This document shows positions 1 through 8,976 of a DNA stretch of 64,000 bases, one piece after another. The notes beneath the pieces are model-generated. The model searched no databases. It worked only from the letters and a program-made list of their open reading frames with translations, and was not told the DNA's origin. The stretch comes from Chlamydiota bacterium (GTDB lineage: Bacteria; Chlamydiota; Chlamydiia; Chlamydiales; JAAKFR01): assembly GCA_021772455.1 (NCBI GenBank), contig JAJFLY010000003.1, positions 7,630-71,629 of the forward strand, in the 5' to 3' direction. Every line of letters starts with the position of its first letter. The stretch's first letter is position 1. The translations under genes were made by a program, and so were the position numbers.

Positions 1-1
1 G

Positions 2-487
2 ACCCAGCGCGCCCCGCGTGATAAACCCCTCTTCCGCTCTCTCTTCGTTCGCAATTTTGACCTCAACGATTTTCACGCCGATCTAAATGATCTCGAAAGT
101 TTTACCGGCAACGGGATTCTAGAATTTTCCAACCTTCCTAAAAAGAGTCTTTTGAGTAACCTCCTCTTCATTCCCACTGAGATTACTGCTCGCATCGGAC
201 TCGACCTAACAGCCCTCATTCCCGCCCGTGGGATAATCGACTACCAAATAGCCAATAAAAAAATCTACTTCAATGAGTTCAAAGACATGTACAGCGACGG
301 CAAATATTCCCGCTTCTACCTTGCCGAAGGGGCAAGTGCTTATGTTGACTTTGGCGGTAACCTCAACTTCAAACTAAAAATGAAGCAATATAATCTGCTA
401 ATGAAGCTCGCCGAGCTTTTCACAATCTCGGTCAAAGGGACTCTGCTCAATCCAAATTATACTTTCACAAACCAATACGAAGGGTAA
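2..487 (+). CDS. 3' end of a gene that starts upstream of the window (function unknown)
   Basis: Frame 2 is open from the window edge to the stop at 485-487. The ORF track only reports the part after an internal TTG at 152. No diagnostic motif was seen. The tail ISVKGTLLNPNYTFTNQYEG looks beta-strand-like. Confidence 0.4.
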   Translation, partial: TQRAPRDKPLFRSLFVRNFDLNDFHADLNDLESFTGNGILEFSNLPKKSLLSNLLFIPTEITARIGLDLTALIPARGIIDYQIANKKIYFNEFKDMYSDGKYSRFYLAEGASAYVDFGGNLNFKLKMKQYNLLMKLAELFTISVKGTLLNPNYTFTNQYEG

Positions 488-784
488 GGGGCTGTTTATA
501 GCTGCGCAGAATTATCCCCCGCTGAACTTCAAAAACTCTGAACAACAGAGCATTCTTGATTCATTAGAGTGTCAGATGGCCCACTTATCGGAAGTGATGA
601 AACTGCTAATTAAGACAGAACAAGTGAGTGGAAAGAGATTGTTGGGTGCCGATTTTGCAAATTGTTCTTACACAGAGAATTTACCATTTGTGGCAATTGG
701 AAAAAATAGTGAGCTTGGCTTTGCGGTTGATCATGCTCAAATAAAGAACACCCATGGTGCCATGGGCGCTCTTGTCTTAAAAGT

Positions 785-2545
785 TTAGAAGTTCCAGCCG
801 AATCCACCTTCTCCTAAGATGCGGGAGCTGCTGTGAGAGTCAAAGCTCGCTTCTAGGTTGAGGAAGAGGTTGAAACATCCAAAAGATTGAATCCCTCTGA
901 TCCCAGAAAGAAATGCTGCAATATTGCGCGGTCCACCCTGATTGAAGCTCAGTGACTCGCCCAATAGCTCTCCATCAATACCGTATCCACCAAGTTGGTA
1001 CCGTCCGTAAACACCGATATAAGGTTCAATGCTCCAGCAACATCTGCCACACGATTCGCTGTAGGGAAGGCCTGCTTCAAATCGTGTAGTTAACAGATTA
1101 ATGTAACGATCATCAACAGATAGGTTTGTTAATGAACCATTTTCTGAGTAACTGCCTGGGTAGAACCCTGCGTAGCGGAGGGTAAAGCTTAAGTTAGGCT
1201 CCCAGCAGAAGCAAGAGAACTGGCGTGCTAACGTGAGCTCGGGAGAGAGGAAGAGGCCATCGATGTCAGCATTTGCTATTTCGACTCCACCACCTGCCAA
1301 ATTATTCATGACGTAGCGGTTGTTATCCCAATCGATGTAACCAGCTGTTAGGGCAAGTCCGACGAAGGTGTTGCAAAAGCACGTTTCGTAGGTTGCGCCA
1401 AGAACATAGCTATTGATAAAAGCCTTTTGGGTGTGTTGATCAACAGCGGTTTCTCCATAAGTTGTTCCTGCAAAGAATCCAAGGTATCCATTACAGATAG
1501 GTTTGTCGTATCCGACAAGAAAGCCTGCTTGCCAGTTATCGTACCCTACATGCTCGTGAGCATGGTCACGTTTTCTGTAGCTGCCAACCCCTTCAACCCA
1601 CGCTCCACAGCCACAAGGAGTGCAGCAGCCGAGACGGTGGCGGTAAATTCCATTTAGGATTGTATCCGAGAGATCGGCAATCACATCGGGTTGTAGTGTG
1701 AGTACTGTTGGATCAATCACGCCAAGGATAGCTCCTACCTGAATATAAGGGGCTTGAATTCCAAAAGCTCCAAAATCTGAAGAATCAATAGTGAGCGCAA
1801 GGTTAAGTCCTGTTTCGACATTTACGTTAAGAGGGGCGATTACTTCAACACCCCCTTGTATGTTTGAACCTCGAAGAAGGGTAAGAGTCAGGTCACCTGA
1901 AATGTCATTAATCGCAAGAGAGCCTACAGAGCTTAAGATCCCTGAATTGATGATGTGGCAGTTAGGCGCACCATGGAAAAATGCGTTAGCACCGGCTCCT
2001 GTGGTGATAATTTTGCCACTATTAATAATTGTAGCGCGCTCGGCATTGTCAGATACGTTAATTCCATGTGCGCCCCCTCCTTGGGTTATGATGGTGCCGC
2101 TGTTCCCGATCACCGCATCTGTGGATACATCAAACAATTCTATTCCATGTGCGCCTCCTCCGGTGGTTGAGATACGCCCAGAATTTAAGATCACGCCTCC
2201 AACAGTATCATTGAATCGAATTCCAATACCTGAGGTCGTCGAGATGAGGCCGCTGTTTGTAATCATAACACCTGTGGTCGTATCTGCAAAAATTCCAATA
2301 CCTGTAGTTGTCAAGATTTGGCCCAGGTTATCGACTGTTTGGCCTGCTGCTGTTAGGGTTATCGCGTCCGTTGCTCCCGTTGTCAAAATACCTCTGCTCT
2401 CGATAAGTACCCCATCATCGGGATCTGGAATGAGAGCCGCGCCAATTGCAGTTGTTTCTACCTCTCCATCACGCACAGTAATCAATACTCCGTAACTTGG
2501 AATGGTGAGGCTAATAGCTGTTAATAATAATGCGCCAATTTTCAT
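785..2545 (-). CDS. autotransporter-type outer membrane protein (Pmp-like repetitive passenger plus C-terminal beta-barrel)
   Basis: 586 aa. The N-terminus MKIGALLLTAISLTIPSYG is signal-like. The passenger is built of imperfect Gly/Thr/Ile repeats (NSG.I.TTGGGAHGI-like, 4-5 copies). A Cys cluster RLGCCTPCGCGAW sits at the passenger/barrel junction. The C-terminal ~270 aa has an alternating aromatic/aliphatic pattern ending GFGWNF (terminal Phe). Confidence 0.75.
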   Translation of the reverse strand: MKIGALLLTAISLTIPSYGVLITVRDGEVETTAIGAALIPDPDDGVLIESRGILTTGATDAITLTAAGQTVDNLGQILTTTGIGIFADTTTGVMITNSGLISTTSGIGIRFNDTVGGVILNSGRISTTGGGAHGIELFDVSTDAVIGNSGTIITQGGGAHGINVSDNAERATIINSGKIITTGAGANAFFHGAPNCHIINSGILSSVGSLAINDISGDLTLTLLRGSNIQGGVEVIAPLNVNVETGLNLALTIDSSDFGAFGIQAPYIQVGAILGVIDPTVLTLQPDVIADLSDTILNGIYRHRLGCCTPCGCGAWVEGVGSYRKRDHAHEHVGYDNWQAGFLVGYDKPICNGYLGFFAGTTYGETAVDQHTQKAFINSYVLGATYETCFCNTFVGLALTAGYIDWDNNRYVMNNLAGGGVEIANADIDGLFLSPELTLARQFSCFCWEPNLSFTLRYAGFYPGSYSENGSLTNLSVDDRYINLLTTRFEAGLPYSESCGRCCWSIEPYIGVYGRYQLGGYGIDGELLGESLSFNQGGPRNIAAFLSGIRGIQSFGCFNLFLNLEASFDSHSSSRILGEGGFGWNF

Positions 2546-2611
2546 GGAGGGTCCCCTTATGTAAAAAAAATATTCATAATAAAAAAGTAATTACAATGGC
2601 AAGATATATCC

Positions 2612-3202
2612 ATGTTACATTTTTTATTTCCTTCACTATGCCTTCATTGTGAAGAAAGATCGCCCAACCTTGTATGCAAGAATTGTGCCACTTTTTTCGA
2701 GTTAATCGACCCTTTAACTAGATGCCCTTTCTGTTTTACGGAAAATGAAGGACGCCACGCATGCCCTGAGTGCCGCGAAAAAAAGAGGTGGCGTTTACGG
2801 TGCGCCTCGGCTTTGGACTTTACGCCGCCTGTTCAAACGGTTGTTGGAAAAATGCAGGGGGGGCAGATGCCCTATCTAGCTAAGACAGCTGCGGCTTTTA
2901 TGGTGATGCAAATGGAACGTTTGGGATGGGATGAGCCCGATCTTTTCATACCCATTCCGCATCATTTCTTGTTTCCATCAACGCATCTTGCTAAGTATTT
3001 GAATGGAAAGGTTTCAACGTGTTTGAGACGAGGGATCGATCAATTCTATTTGAAGAGGGGGGCGCAGATTGAAGGGAAAACGGTTGTATTGATCGACCAT
3101 GTGATGAAGAGAGGGACAGTATTGCAAGATGCTGCAGAAGCACTGAGGGAAGGGTTTCCTAAAAAAATATACGCCCTCACATATGCAAGGGCGTTATATT
3201 AG
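2612..3202 (+). CDS. comF: ComF-family phosphoribosyltransferase-like protein
   Basis: The N-terminus has paired CxxC zinc-ribbon motifs (LCLHCEE..CKNC, CPFC..CPEC). The C-terminus has the PRTase motif GKTVVLIDHVMKRGTV. Confidence 0.75.
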   Translation: MLHFLFPSLCLHCEERSPNLVCKNCATFFELIDPLTRCPFCFTENEGRHACPECREKKRWRLRCASALDFTPPVQTVVGKMQGGQMPYLAKTAAAFMVMQMERLGWDEPDLFIPIPHHFLFPSTHLAKYLNGKVSTCLRRGIDQFYLKRGAQIEGKTVVLIDHVMKRGTVLQDAAEALREGFPKKIYALTYARALY

Positions 3203-3774
3203 ATGATCTGTTCTTCGTCAGTTGTAGCGGGGGTGATGTTGACGTGGCCAACAATCCGCACTCCTTCATCGACACAAAGCGATTTCGCTTGAATGTCCCC
3301 TTTGACACACGCTCCACCGCGAAGCTCAAGCTTCTCTTGGACAGTGATGTTACCCGTCACCTCTCCTTCGATAATCGCCTCGCGCAAGTTGAGGTTAGCT
3401 GCTACTTTCCCTTTGGGGCCGACGACAACCTTCCCTTGAGAGAGTAGATCGCCTTCAAAAGAGCCATCGATGCGCAAAAGGCGCTCGAAGCTCAGCTCAC
3501 CTCGAAATGTCACACCCTCACCAAGAGTTGTTTCAGGATCATCCTCCTGGACAAAGTGGTGGGGAAGAGTACTTGTGTTCTCTTGCGTGCTCCATGGCTC
3601 CTCATGTGTTTCATTCGAAAGGTGGCGGGTTGCAGGACGCCCCCCTTGTTGATGCAAATTATCAAAAATACGTGGGGGGACCTCTTCTTTTTGAGGTCCA
3701 TATTTATAAGGAGAAGAGATGTGTTGCTCTTCTTCGTATTCATCTAAGGGGTTTTTTCCCGGGCGGCGAAACAT
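3199..3774 (-). CDS. bactofilin (polymer-forming cytoskeletal protein) with disordered N-terminal region
   Basis: The C-terminal ~110 aa has the beta-helical bactofilin pattern (GVTFRGELSFERLLRIDGSFEGDL..GKVVVGPKGKVAANL..IIEGEVTGNI..LELRGGACVKGDI..VDEGVRIVGHV). It converges on comF with a 4-nt overlap. Confidence 0.8.
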   Translation of the reverse strand: MFRRPGKNPLDEYEEEQHISSPYKYGPQKEEVPPRIFDNLHQQGGRPATRHLSNETHEEPWSTQENTSTLPHHFVQEDDPETTLGEGVTFRGELSFERLLRIDGSFEGDLLSQGKVVVGPKGKVAANLNLREAIIEGEVTGNITVQEKLELRGGACVKGDIQAKSLCVDEGVRIVGHVNITPATTDEEQII

Positions 3775-3789
3775 AATATACCTATTCGT

Positions 3790-5133
3790 TTAGTGCTCAA
3801 TATTCCGACGGCAAAGAGCTATTTGCCGTTTTAAGGAATCATCTTTTTTAATTTTATTTTCAATCGTCTTACACGCATGCAAGATCGTGGAGTGGGTTTT
3901 GCCAAAAGAGGCGCCGATCATCACAAGCGAGTCGTTAATCATCTCTTTGGCTAAAAACATCGCAACTTGTCTAGCAACTGCGATCTTGAGTGTGCGCGAT
4001 GTTCCCTTAAGATCATTGATGCGCACCTCAAATACTGTCGAGACACTCTTTAAGATATTTTCGACAGAAACTCTTTGCTTTGGAGCTGTTTGAAAAAGCT
4101 CACTCAATGTTTGCTCAACAAGCTCCTCTGAAACATCTTGTCCAAGGAGGCGACAATGGGCGGTCAATCTGTTAATCGCTCCCTCTAGTTGGCGGACATT
4201 ACTAAAAACATGCTCGGCGATAAAGAAGGCGACTTGATTGGGAATTTTCAATCCTTTCTGCTCAGCTTTGTGTTGCAAAATGGCAACACGTGTTTCGAGA
4301 TCGGGCATCCCTACATGTGCCACAAGCCCCCACTCCATCCGTGCGACAATACGCTCGGAGAGTTTGAGTTGGCCGGGAGGCTTATCACTTGTGATCACAA
4401 TCTGCTTATTTTGGTTGATTAAGCTCTCAAACGTATTACAAAACTCCTCCTCGAAATTGAGACGGTTTTGCAAAAATTGGATATCATCCACGAGAAGAAC
4501 GTCAAGAGAGCGGTAAAAACGCTTCATTTTATCAACAGATTTATTGCGTAGGCTATCCACAAGATCGTTGATAAACCCTTCAGTTGTGATGCACTGGACG
4601 CGTAATTTCTTATGGGTATTTTGCACATAGTGGCCGATAGCATGTAATAAATGAGTTTTCCCCAGTCCAACACCCCCATGGATAAAAAGCGGGTTGTAAG
4701 ATCTTCCGGGGCGGTTTGCAATGCCCACCGCTGCCGACTTTACAAACTGATTTGAAGCCCCTTCGATGAAGTTGTCAAAGCGATAAGAGGGATTGAGCTT
4801 CAATTCATAGGGGGCAACCTCCTCGATAATCGGAGAGGCTGCAGGCTTTGGGGGTGCAACCGGGGTTTTACGCTCTGCTTGGTCGGCAATAACGAAAGAG
4901 ATTGCAGGCTCACCTTCCACATTAACAGGAAGAAAGGAGCATAGATCCCGTTTGTAGTTGTCCAACAAGTAAGCTTTCACAAAAATGTTGGGTACTTCCA
5001 AAGAGATTTCTTCTGCAGAGGAATTCAACACCTTAATGGGCGAGAGCCAATTTTCAAAAGCTGTAAGAGAACAGCGTTTCTTTACATATTCGAGAAACTG
5101 GGTCCAAGTATCGCGCGCATCGCAAGTCAGCAT
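3790..5133 (-). CDS. dnaA: chromosomal replication initiator protein DnaA
   Basis: 447 aa. It has the AAA+ Walker [12 protein letters not shown] and Walker B LLVDDIQF. The C-terminal DNA-binding helix region ([30 protein letters not shown]) is typical of DnaA domain IV. Confidence 0.95.
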   Translation of the reverse strand: MLTCDARDTWTQFLEYVKKRCSLTAFENWLSPIKVLNSSAEEISLEVPNIFVKAYLLDNYKRDLCSFLPVNVEGEPAISFVIADQAERKTPVAPPKPAASPIIEEVAPYELKLNPSYRFDNFIEGASNQFVKSAAVGIANRPGRSYNPLFIHGGVGLGKTHLLHAIGHYVQNTHKKLRVQCITTEGFINDLVDSLRNKSVDKMKRFYRSLDVLLVDDIQFLQNRLNFEEEFCNTFESLINQNKQIVITSDKPPGQLKLSERIVARMEWGLVAHVGMPDLETRVAILQHKAEQKGLKIPNQVAFFIAEHVFSNVRQLEGAINRLTAHCRLLGQDVSEELVEQTLSELFQTAPKQRVSVENILKSVSTVFEVRINDLKGTSRTLKIAVARQVAMFLAKEMINDSLVMIGASFGKTHSTILHACKTIENKIKKDDSLKRQIALCRRNIEH

Positions 5134-5653
5134 AGAGTTTTCCTTCTTGTGAAGTTGTGAACAGTGTTTTCCACAATAGCTTCAGAGTCATATATTTGGG
5201 TTATGAACAAGATCGAGAATCTACCATTTGATTTGATAGGCCGCAAGAAGTTTCAAAAAGAAAAATGCCGCGCACGAACTAACTGTTTCACGGTTAAAGC
5301 TGTTTGCATCGAAAAAAAATATCGGGGTGTCGTAAACATCTAACCTATTGATAATTAATATTGTGAACATGTTTTCCTCATATTTTTTAGAACAAGATCT
5401 TCAAAAAGAGGCTCTTACCGATCGACAATCAGCGAAGTAACAACCTTCGACATTTTCAAGATAACAGATAGGCAATAATTGCATATAATGAGCATATTTA
5501 ATCATTGTAATTTGGATTCAGCTTCTATCTATGTTGTGATTGGATATGTCGCAGAATTGCGGATTTTGCCGCCAACTTTTCTACCAATCACCTACCAATT
5601 TCAACTGAATTGGTAGGAATGGTTATAAGTTATGAAAAATCAACGGTATAAAA
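5134..5653. promoter_or_regulatory. AT-rich 520-bp region upstream of dnaA with degenerate DnaA-box-like 9-mers (candidate dnaA promoter / oriC-like region)
   Basis: TTTTCCACA at 5167-5175 is one mismatch from TTATCCACA. TGTGAACA occurs at 5156-5163 and 5362-5369, and TTATGAACA at 5201-5209. A perfect 10-bp hairpin CCTACCAATT/AATTGGTAGG lies at 5591-5617. It is the longest non-coding stretch in the window. Confidence 0.3.
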
Positions 5654-6049
5654 TTAATGATAGGCGACAAGAAGTGCTGAGGCATCGTTTGCAATCGTGA
5701 GATCTTCGCTCTTCTCAAGAGTTTTGGCCAGCTCCAATGCGTCTGCTTTTCGACCCAGAAGCAAGAGAGTTTTCACTTTATTAAGCCTAGAAGGTTCGTG
5801 TTGAGGATCAAGGGAAAGAGCGCGATCGAGCGTGTTAAGAGCTTTTTCCCCCTCACTTATTTGTAGATAGAGCGCCCCGAGAGTTTGCATATCGTAGTGG
5901 CTTGTTGGGTCGAGTATGATAAGCGCCTCGAAAAAAAGACGGGCCTTTTGGTAGTGCCCTTCCCGCAAAAAAGAGAAACCGCTGAAGCGGAGCTCCTCGA
6001 GCTGCTCATCCGTCCATCCTAAAATTGCTCTCCAGTTAACTAGCGCCAT
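5654..6049 (-). CDS. TPR protein resembling SycD/LcrH class II type III secretion chaperones
   Basis: 131 aa with three TPR-like helical pairs. The layout LGWTDEQLEELRFSGFSFLREGHYQKARLFFEALIILDP...LGALYLQISEGEKALNTLDRALSLDP parallels the LcrH/SycD pattern. It lies 2 nt downstream of the preceding gene. Confidence 0.55.
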   Translation of the reverse strand: MALVNWRAILGWTDEQLEELRFSGFSFLREGHYQKARLFFEALIILDPTSHYDMQTLGALYLQISEGEKALNTLDRALSLDPQHEPSRLNKVKTLLLLGRKADALELAKTLEKSEDLTIANDASALLVAYH

Positions 6050-6051
6050 CT

Positions 6052-6564
6052 TTATGCCTGTACAAATTGGTGCATGCGGGAAATTACAAAATCGACCATC
6101 TCATTGGTCTCTTTCACTCCTTTTTCCATCATTTCGATGAGCGCATCGCTCTCATCCATGAGCTCTTCATCGCGACTTTTCTCTCCTGACTCCTCATCGC
6201 GCTCTTCTTTGCGGCGGATCTTGCGACCGCGGGTTTGATTTTTGAGAAAGGCGTGAATCTTATAGATGTCAGCATCTTGTTTTTCGGTAGATCCCAAAGA
6301 AGGAGCAACATAGGAGGAGGTAAAGCGCTGCGTGTAGTAGTTTTTGGGGATCATAAAGCGCGCCCACATCTTCCTTTGGTAGGTCTGCATGAGCATGACA
6401 ATCGCAGGGTGCTTTGGAATGAAATCCATAACCCGAGTCTGCACAGCAACCATCTTAGCGCCGCTTGGCGGAACGTGGTACTGCTTGCGGAATGCTTCGA
6501 TCTCTTGTTGATCGTAGGCGTATCGCTCGTGAGCGGTGATATCGTAGCTGTGAACTTCTACCAT
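6052..6564 (-). CDS. hypothetical protein with highly charged C-terminal third
   Basis: 170-aa ORF tightly coupled to the TPR gene downstream. It has a charged segment RGRKIRRKEERDEESGEKSRDEELMDESD. No family was recognised. Confidence 0.55.
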   Translation of the reverse strand: MVEVHSYDITAHERYAYDQQEIEAFRKQYHVPPSGAKMVAVQTRVMDFIPKHPAIVMLMQTYQRKMWARFMIPKNYYTQRFTSSYVAPSLGSTEKQDADIYKIHAFLKNQTRGRKIRRKEERDEESGEKSRDEELMDESDALIEMMEKGVKETNEMVDFVISRMHQFVQA

Positions 6565-6644
6565 GGCTTGATTTTATCTACTAAAATGGTTTGGATCATC
6601 TAAAATCTTTTGTAAAATCTTAAATCTAGGGTATTTTCAGGAGC

Positions 6645-7712
6645 ATGACTGTTAAAGAGACGCTTACTGTTACCATTCAACCACCTCCTATTCACTACGA
6701 CCTTGTCTTTGGTGAGAACCTTCTGTCTCAAGCTTTTGCATATGCGAAGACTCATAATTTCAGGCCTTTTCTGATTACAACACAGGCGATTCAAGATCTT
6801 CTTCCTCATGTTAATGAGGATAAAATTGTTCTTCCGCAAGGAGAATCTATCAAATCGCGTGCCATGAAGGAAAAAATTGAAGATGCGCTGATCGAAAGAG
6901 GGTGTGGGCGAGAGACGTGTTTGATTGCCGTCGGTGGGGGAGTGATTCTCGATCTTGTTGGATTTATTGCTGCAACTTATTGCCGTGGAATTTCTTATAT
7001 CTCGATTCCTACGACACTTATCGCGATGACAGATGCAGCAATTGGAGGAAAAACAGGTGTCAATGTCGAAGAAGCAAAAAATTGGATCGGCGCTTTCCAT
7101 CACCCACGCAAAGTTTTTATAGATTTTACTCTTATTACTACTCTTCCTCAAAAGGAGTTTGTGAGTGGCTTAAGTGAAACGCTCAAGCATAGCTTAATTG
7201 CCGATCCCGATCTTTTCCATTTTTTGGAAACCCATTTTGAAGAGATTCTCGCGCGTGACCCGTTAGTAATTAAGGAAATGGTATCTAGAAGTTGTCGAAT
7301 TAAAGCAAAGATTATCGAACAAGATCCTTTTGAAACGCGTGGCTTGAGGCGTACTCTCAATTTTGGCCACACCATCGGCCATGCTTTGGAGACGCTTTCA
7401 AACTATTCTCTTTCCCATGGGGAAGCTGTTTTAATAGGAATAAAAATCGAAGCAGCTATTGCCCATCGTCTTGATTATCTATCTACTGCCTCATTTGAGA
7501 GGATTTGTGCATTTCTGGATAAGCTTCCAGTTTCGATGGAATTTCCAGACCATTTCCCCTATGAGATGATGAGCCGGGATAAAAAAGGGGCCCACCGCTT
7601 TGTCGTTCTGACCGGAATTGGTTCGGTCGCTCCCTTTGATGGGGAATACGTGACCCATTTGACCAAAGAGAATCTAATTGAAGGGTGGAATGATGTTGTG
7701 TGCCACTATTAA
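6645..7712 (+). CDS. aroB: 3-dehydroquinate synthase
   Basis: It has the GGGVILDLVGFIAA nucleotide-binding motif, the metal-ligand region NFGHTIGHALE and SHGEAV. Its length of 355 aa fits the family. Confidence 0.9.
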   Translation: MTVKETLTVTIQPPPIHYDLVFGENLLSQAFAYAKTHNFRPFLITTQAIQDLLPHVNEDKIVLPQGESIKSRAMKEKIEDALIERGCGRETCLIAVGGGVILDLVGFIAATYCRGISYISIPTTLIAMTDAAIGGKTGVNVEEAKNWIGAFHHPRKVFIDFTLITTLPQKEFVSGLSETLKHSLIADPDLFHFLETHFEEILARDPLVIKEMVSRSCRIKAKIIEQDPFETRGLRRTLNFGHTIGHALETLSNYSLSHGEAVLIGIKIEAAIAHRLDYLSTASFERICAFLDKLPVSMEFPDHFPYEMMSRDKKGAHRFVVLTGIGSVAPFDGEYVTHLTKENLIEGWNDVVCHY

Positions 7713-8976
7713 AGAAGATTCTCTTCAGGAAATCAAGCAAGCTAATAAAAAGGCTGATTTGATCGAATTACGTCTTGATCTCTTCAAACCTAAAGATCTT
7801 AAAGGATTAAGAGAGGCGTGTAAAAAGCCTGTAATCTTCAAGCTTCTCGACTTTGATCCAGAAGTTCTAGAGCTGAATCCCGATTTCGTTGATCTCCCCT
7901 TTGGGGTGGATGTCGATTTGCCGGTTAAACGCATTTGCTCCTATCACGATGAGGAGCAAACGCCTGACCTCGACGCCTTGTACAAAAAGCTCCAAACATG
8001 CCAAGCCGACTACTATAAGATTGCAACCCATGCAAACTCTTCTCTTGATGCCTTAAGAATGTTGCAATTTGTTCGCACAACCAAAATCATTGGCCTATGT
8101 ATGGGAGAAATGGGGGTAATCACACGCATTTTAGCTCCTATCTTTGGCGCGCTCTGGACCTATGCACCTATCCATCAAGGGCAAACAACTGCACCCGGTC
8201 AACTCCTATTGGATGAGCTCGCCCAAACCTACCGCTATCGTGCCCATTCCCAAAAAACTGCCCTTTACGGACTTATTGGCGATCCCGTCTCGAAAAGCGT
8301 GAGCCATAAAACCCACAATTTTGCGTTCAAAGAGCTCGGAGTGGACGCTGTTTATGTCAAAATGCCAGTCAAACAAGAAGAGCTCTTGCCCTTTTTGACA
8401 CTTTGTGAAGAAGTTGGGTTTAAGGGTCTAAGCGTGACGATGCCCCTAAAGGAGCAGATCCAAGAAGGGGAGGCGATCAACACGATTGGCTTTCAGGAGA
8501 GTAAAATCTCGTATTGGAACACCGATGGGGTGGGGGCTTTAGATGCGCTTGAGAAAAAGATAGAGGTCGCAGGGAAAAAGATCGTGATTCTTGGGGCGGG
8601 TGGAGCTGCGATTCCGATTGCAAGGGAAGCTAAAAAAAGAGGCGCTCGGGTGTTGATTGCCAATCGAACCTTTGAGCGGGCCGAAAAGGTTGCCTCGAAT
8701 ATCGGGGTTGAAGCGCTTCCTCTCGCGGAATTTGCCTCAAATGGGTACGACATTTTGATCAATTGCACCTCAACATGTCCTGTTCCAATAGAAGAGCTGC
8801 TTGAAAAGCGGGTCGTGATGGATATCATCATCCGCCCGAAGATGACATCCTTATTAGAAGCCGCTGAAAAAAAAGGGTGTACCCTAGTTTATGGGTTGGA
8901 TATGTTTCTCCAACAGGCGATCCAACAATTTTGCCACTGGTTAATAGATGAAAAGCTGGAAAATAGCCCCCTCTAA
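7690..8976 (+). CDS. aroDE: bifunctional 3-dehydroquinate dehydratase (type I) / shikimate 5-dehydrogenase
   Basis: The N-terminal half has the type I DHQase pattern (IELRLDLF, catalytic-Lys context YYKIATHA). The C-terminal half has shikimate dehydrogenase motifs (YGLIGDPVSKSVSHKTHN, GLSVTMPLKE, NTDGVG, ILGAGGAA). Start chosen at the ATG at 7690, behind GAAGGGTGGA. The ORF track starts at the TTG at 7678. Confidence 0.85.
   Translation: MMLCATIKEDSLQEIKQANKKADLIELRLDLFKPKDLKGLREACKKPVIFKLLDFDPEVLELNPDFVDLPFGVDVDLPVKRICSYHDEEQTPDLDALYKKLQTCQADYYKIATHANSSLDALRMLQFVRTTKIIGLCMGEMGVITRILAPIFGALWTYAPIHQGQTTAPGQLLLDELAQTYRYRAHSQKTALYGLIGDPVSKSVSHKTHNFAFKELGVDAVYVKMPVKQEELLPFLTLCEEVGFKGLSVTMPLKEQIQEGEAINTIGFQESKISYWNTDGVGALDALEKKIEVAGKKIVILGAGGAAIPIAREAKKRGARVLIANRTFERAEKVASNIGVEALPLAEFASNGYDILINCTSTCPVPIEELLEKRVVMDIIIRPKMTSLLEAAEKKGCTLVYGLDMFLQQAIQQFCHWLIDEKLENSPL

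Noticed and set aside
576-788. 70-aa + strand ORF in the gap between two convergent genes
   Set aside because: It has no RBS and no motif, and it overlaps the stop of the autotransporter gene. The region contains a palindrome CCCATGG-TG-CCATGGG (751-766) that may instead be part of a terminator. The coding status is unsupported.
1791-2495. 234-aa + strand ORF (and 1427-1657, 1955-2170) inside the autotransporter gene
   Set aside because: It is antisense to a strongly supported 586-aa gene. The translation is Pro/Val/Ile-rich low-complexity sequence, mirroring the Gly/Thr/Ile repeat codons. It is a shadow ORF.
5591-5617. Hairpin CCTACCAATT-N7-AATTGGTAGG considered as an intrinsic terminator of the TPR-chaperone operon
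   Set aside because: The stem is perfect, but it is AT-rich and is not followed by a U-tract on either strand. It is kept only as a structural note within the dnaA upstream region.
6600-7151. 183-aa minus-strand ORF opposite aroB
   Set aside because: It fully overlaps the motif-bearing aroB frame. The translation is Cys/Arg/Asn-rich nonsense with no start context.
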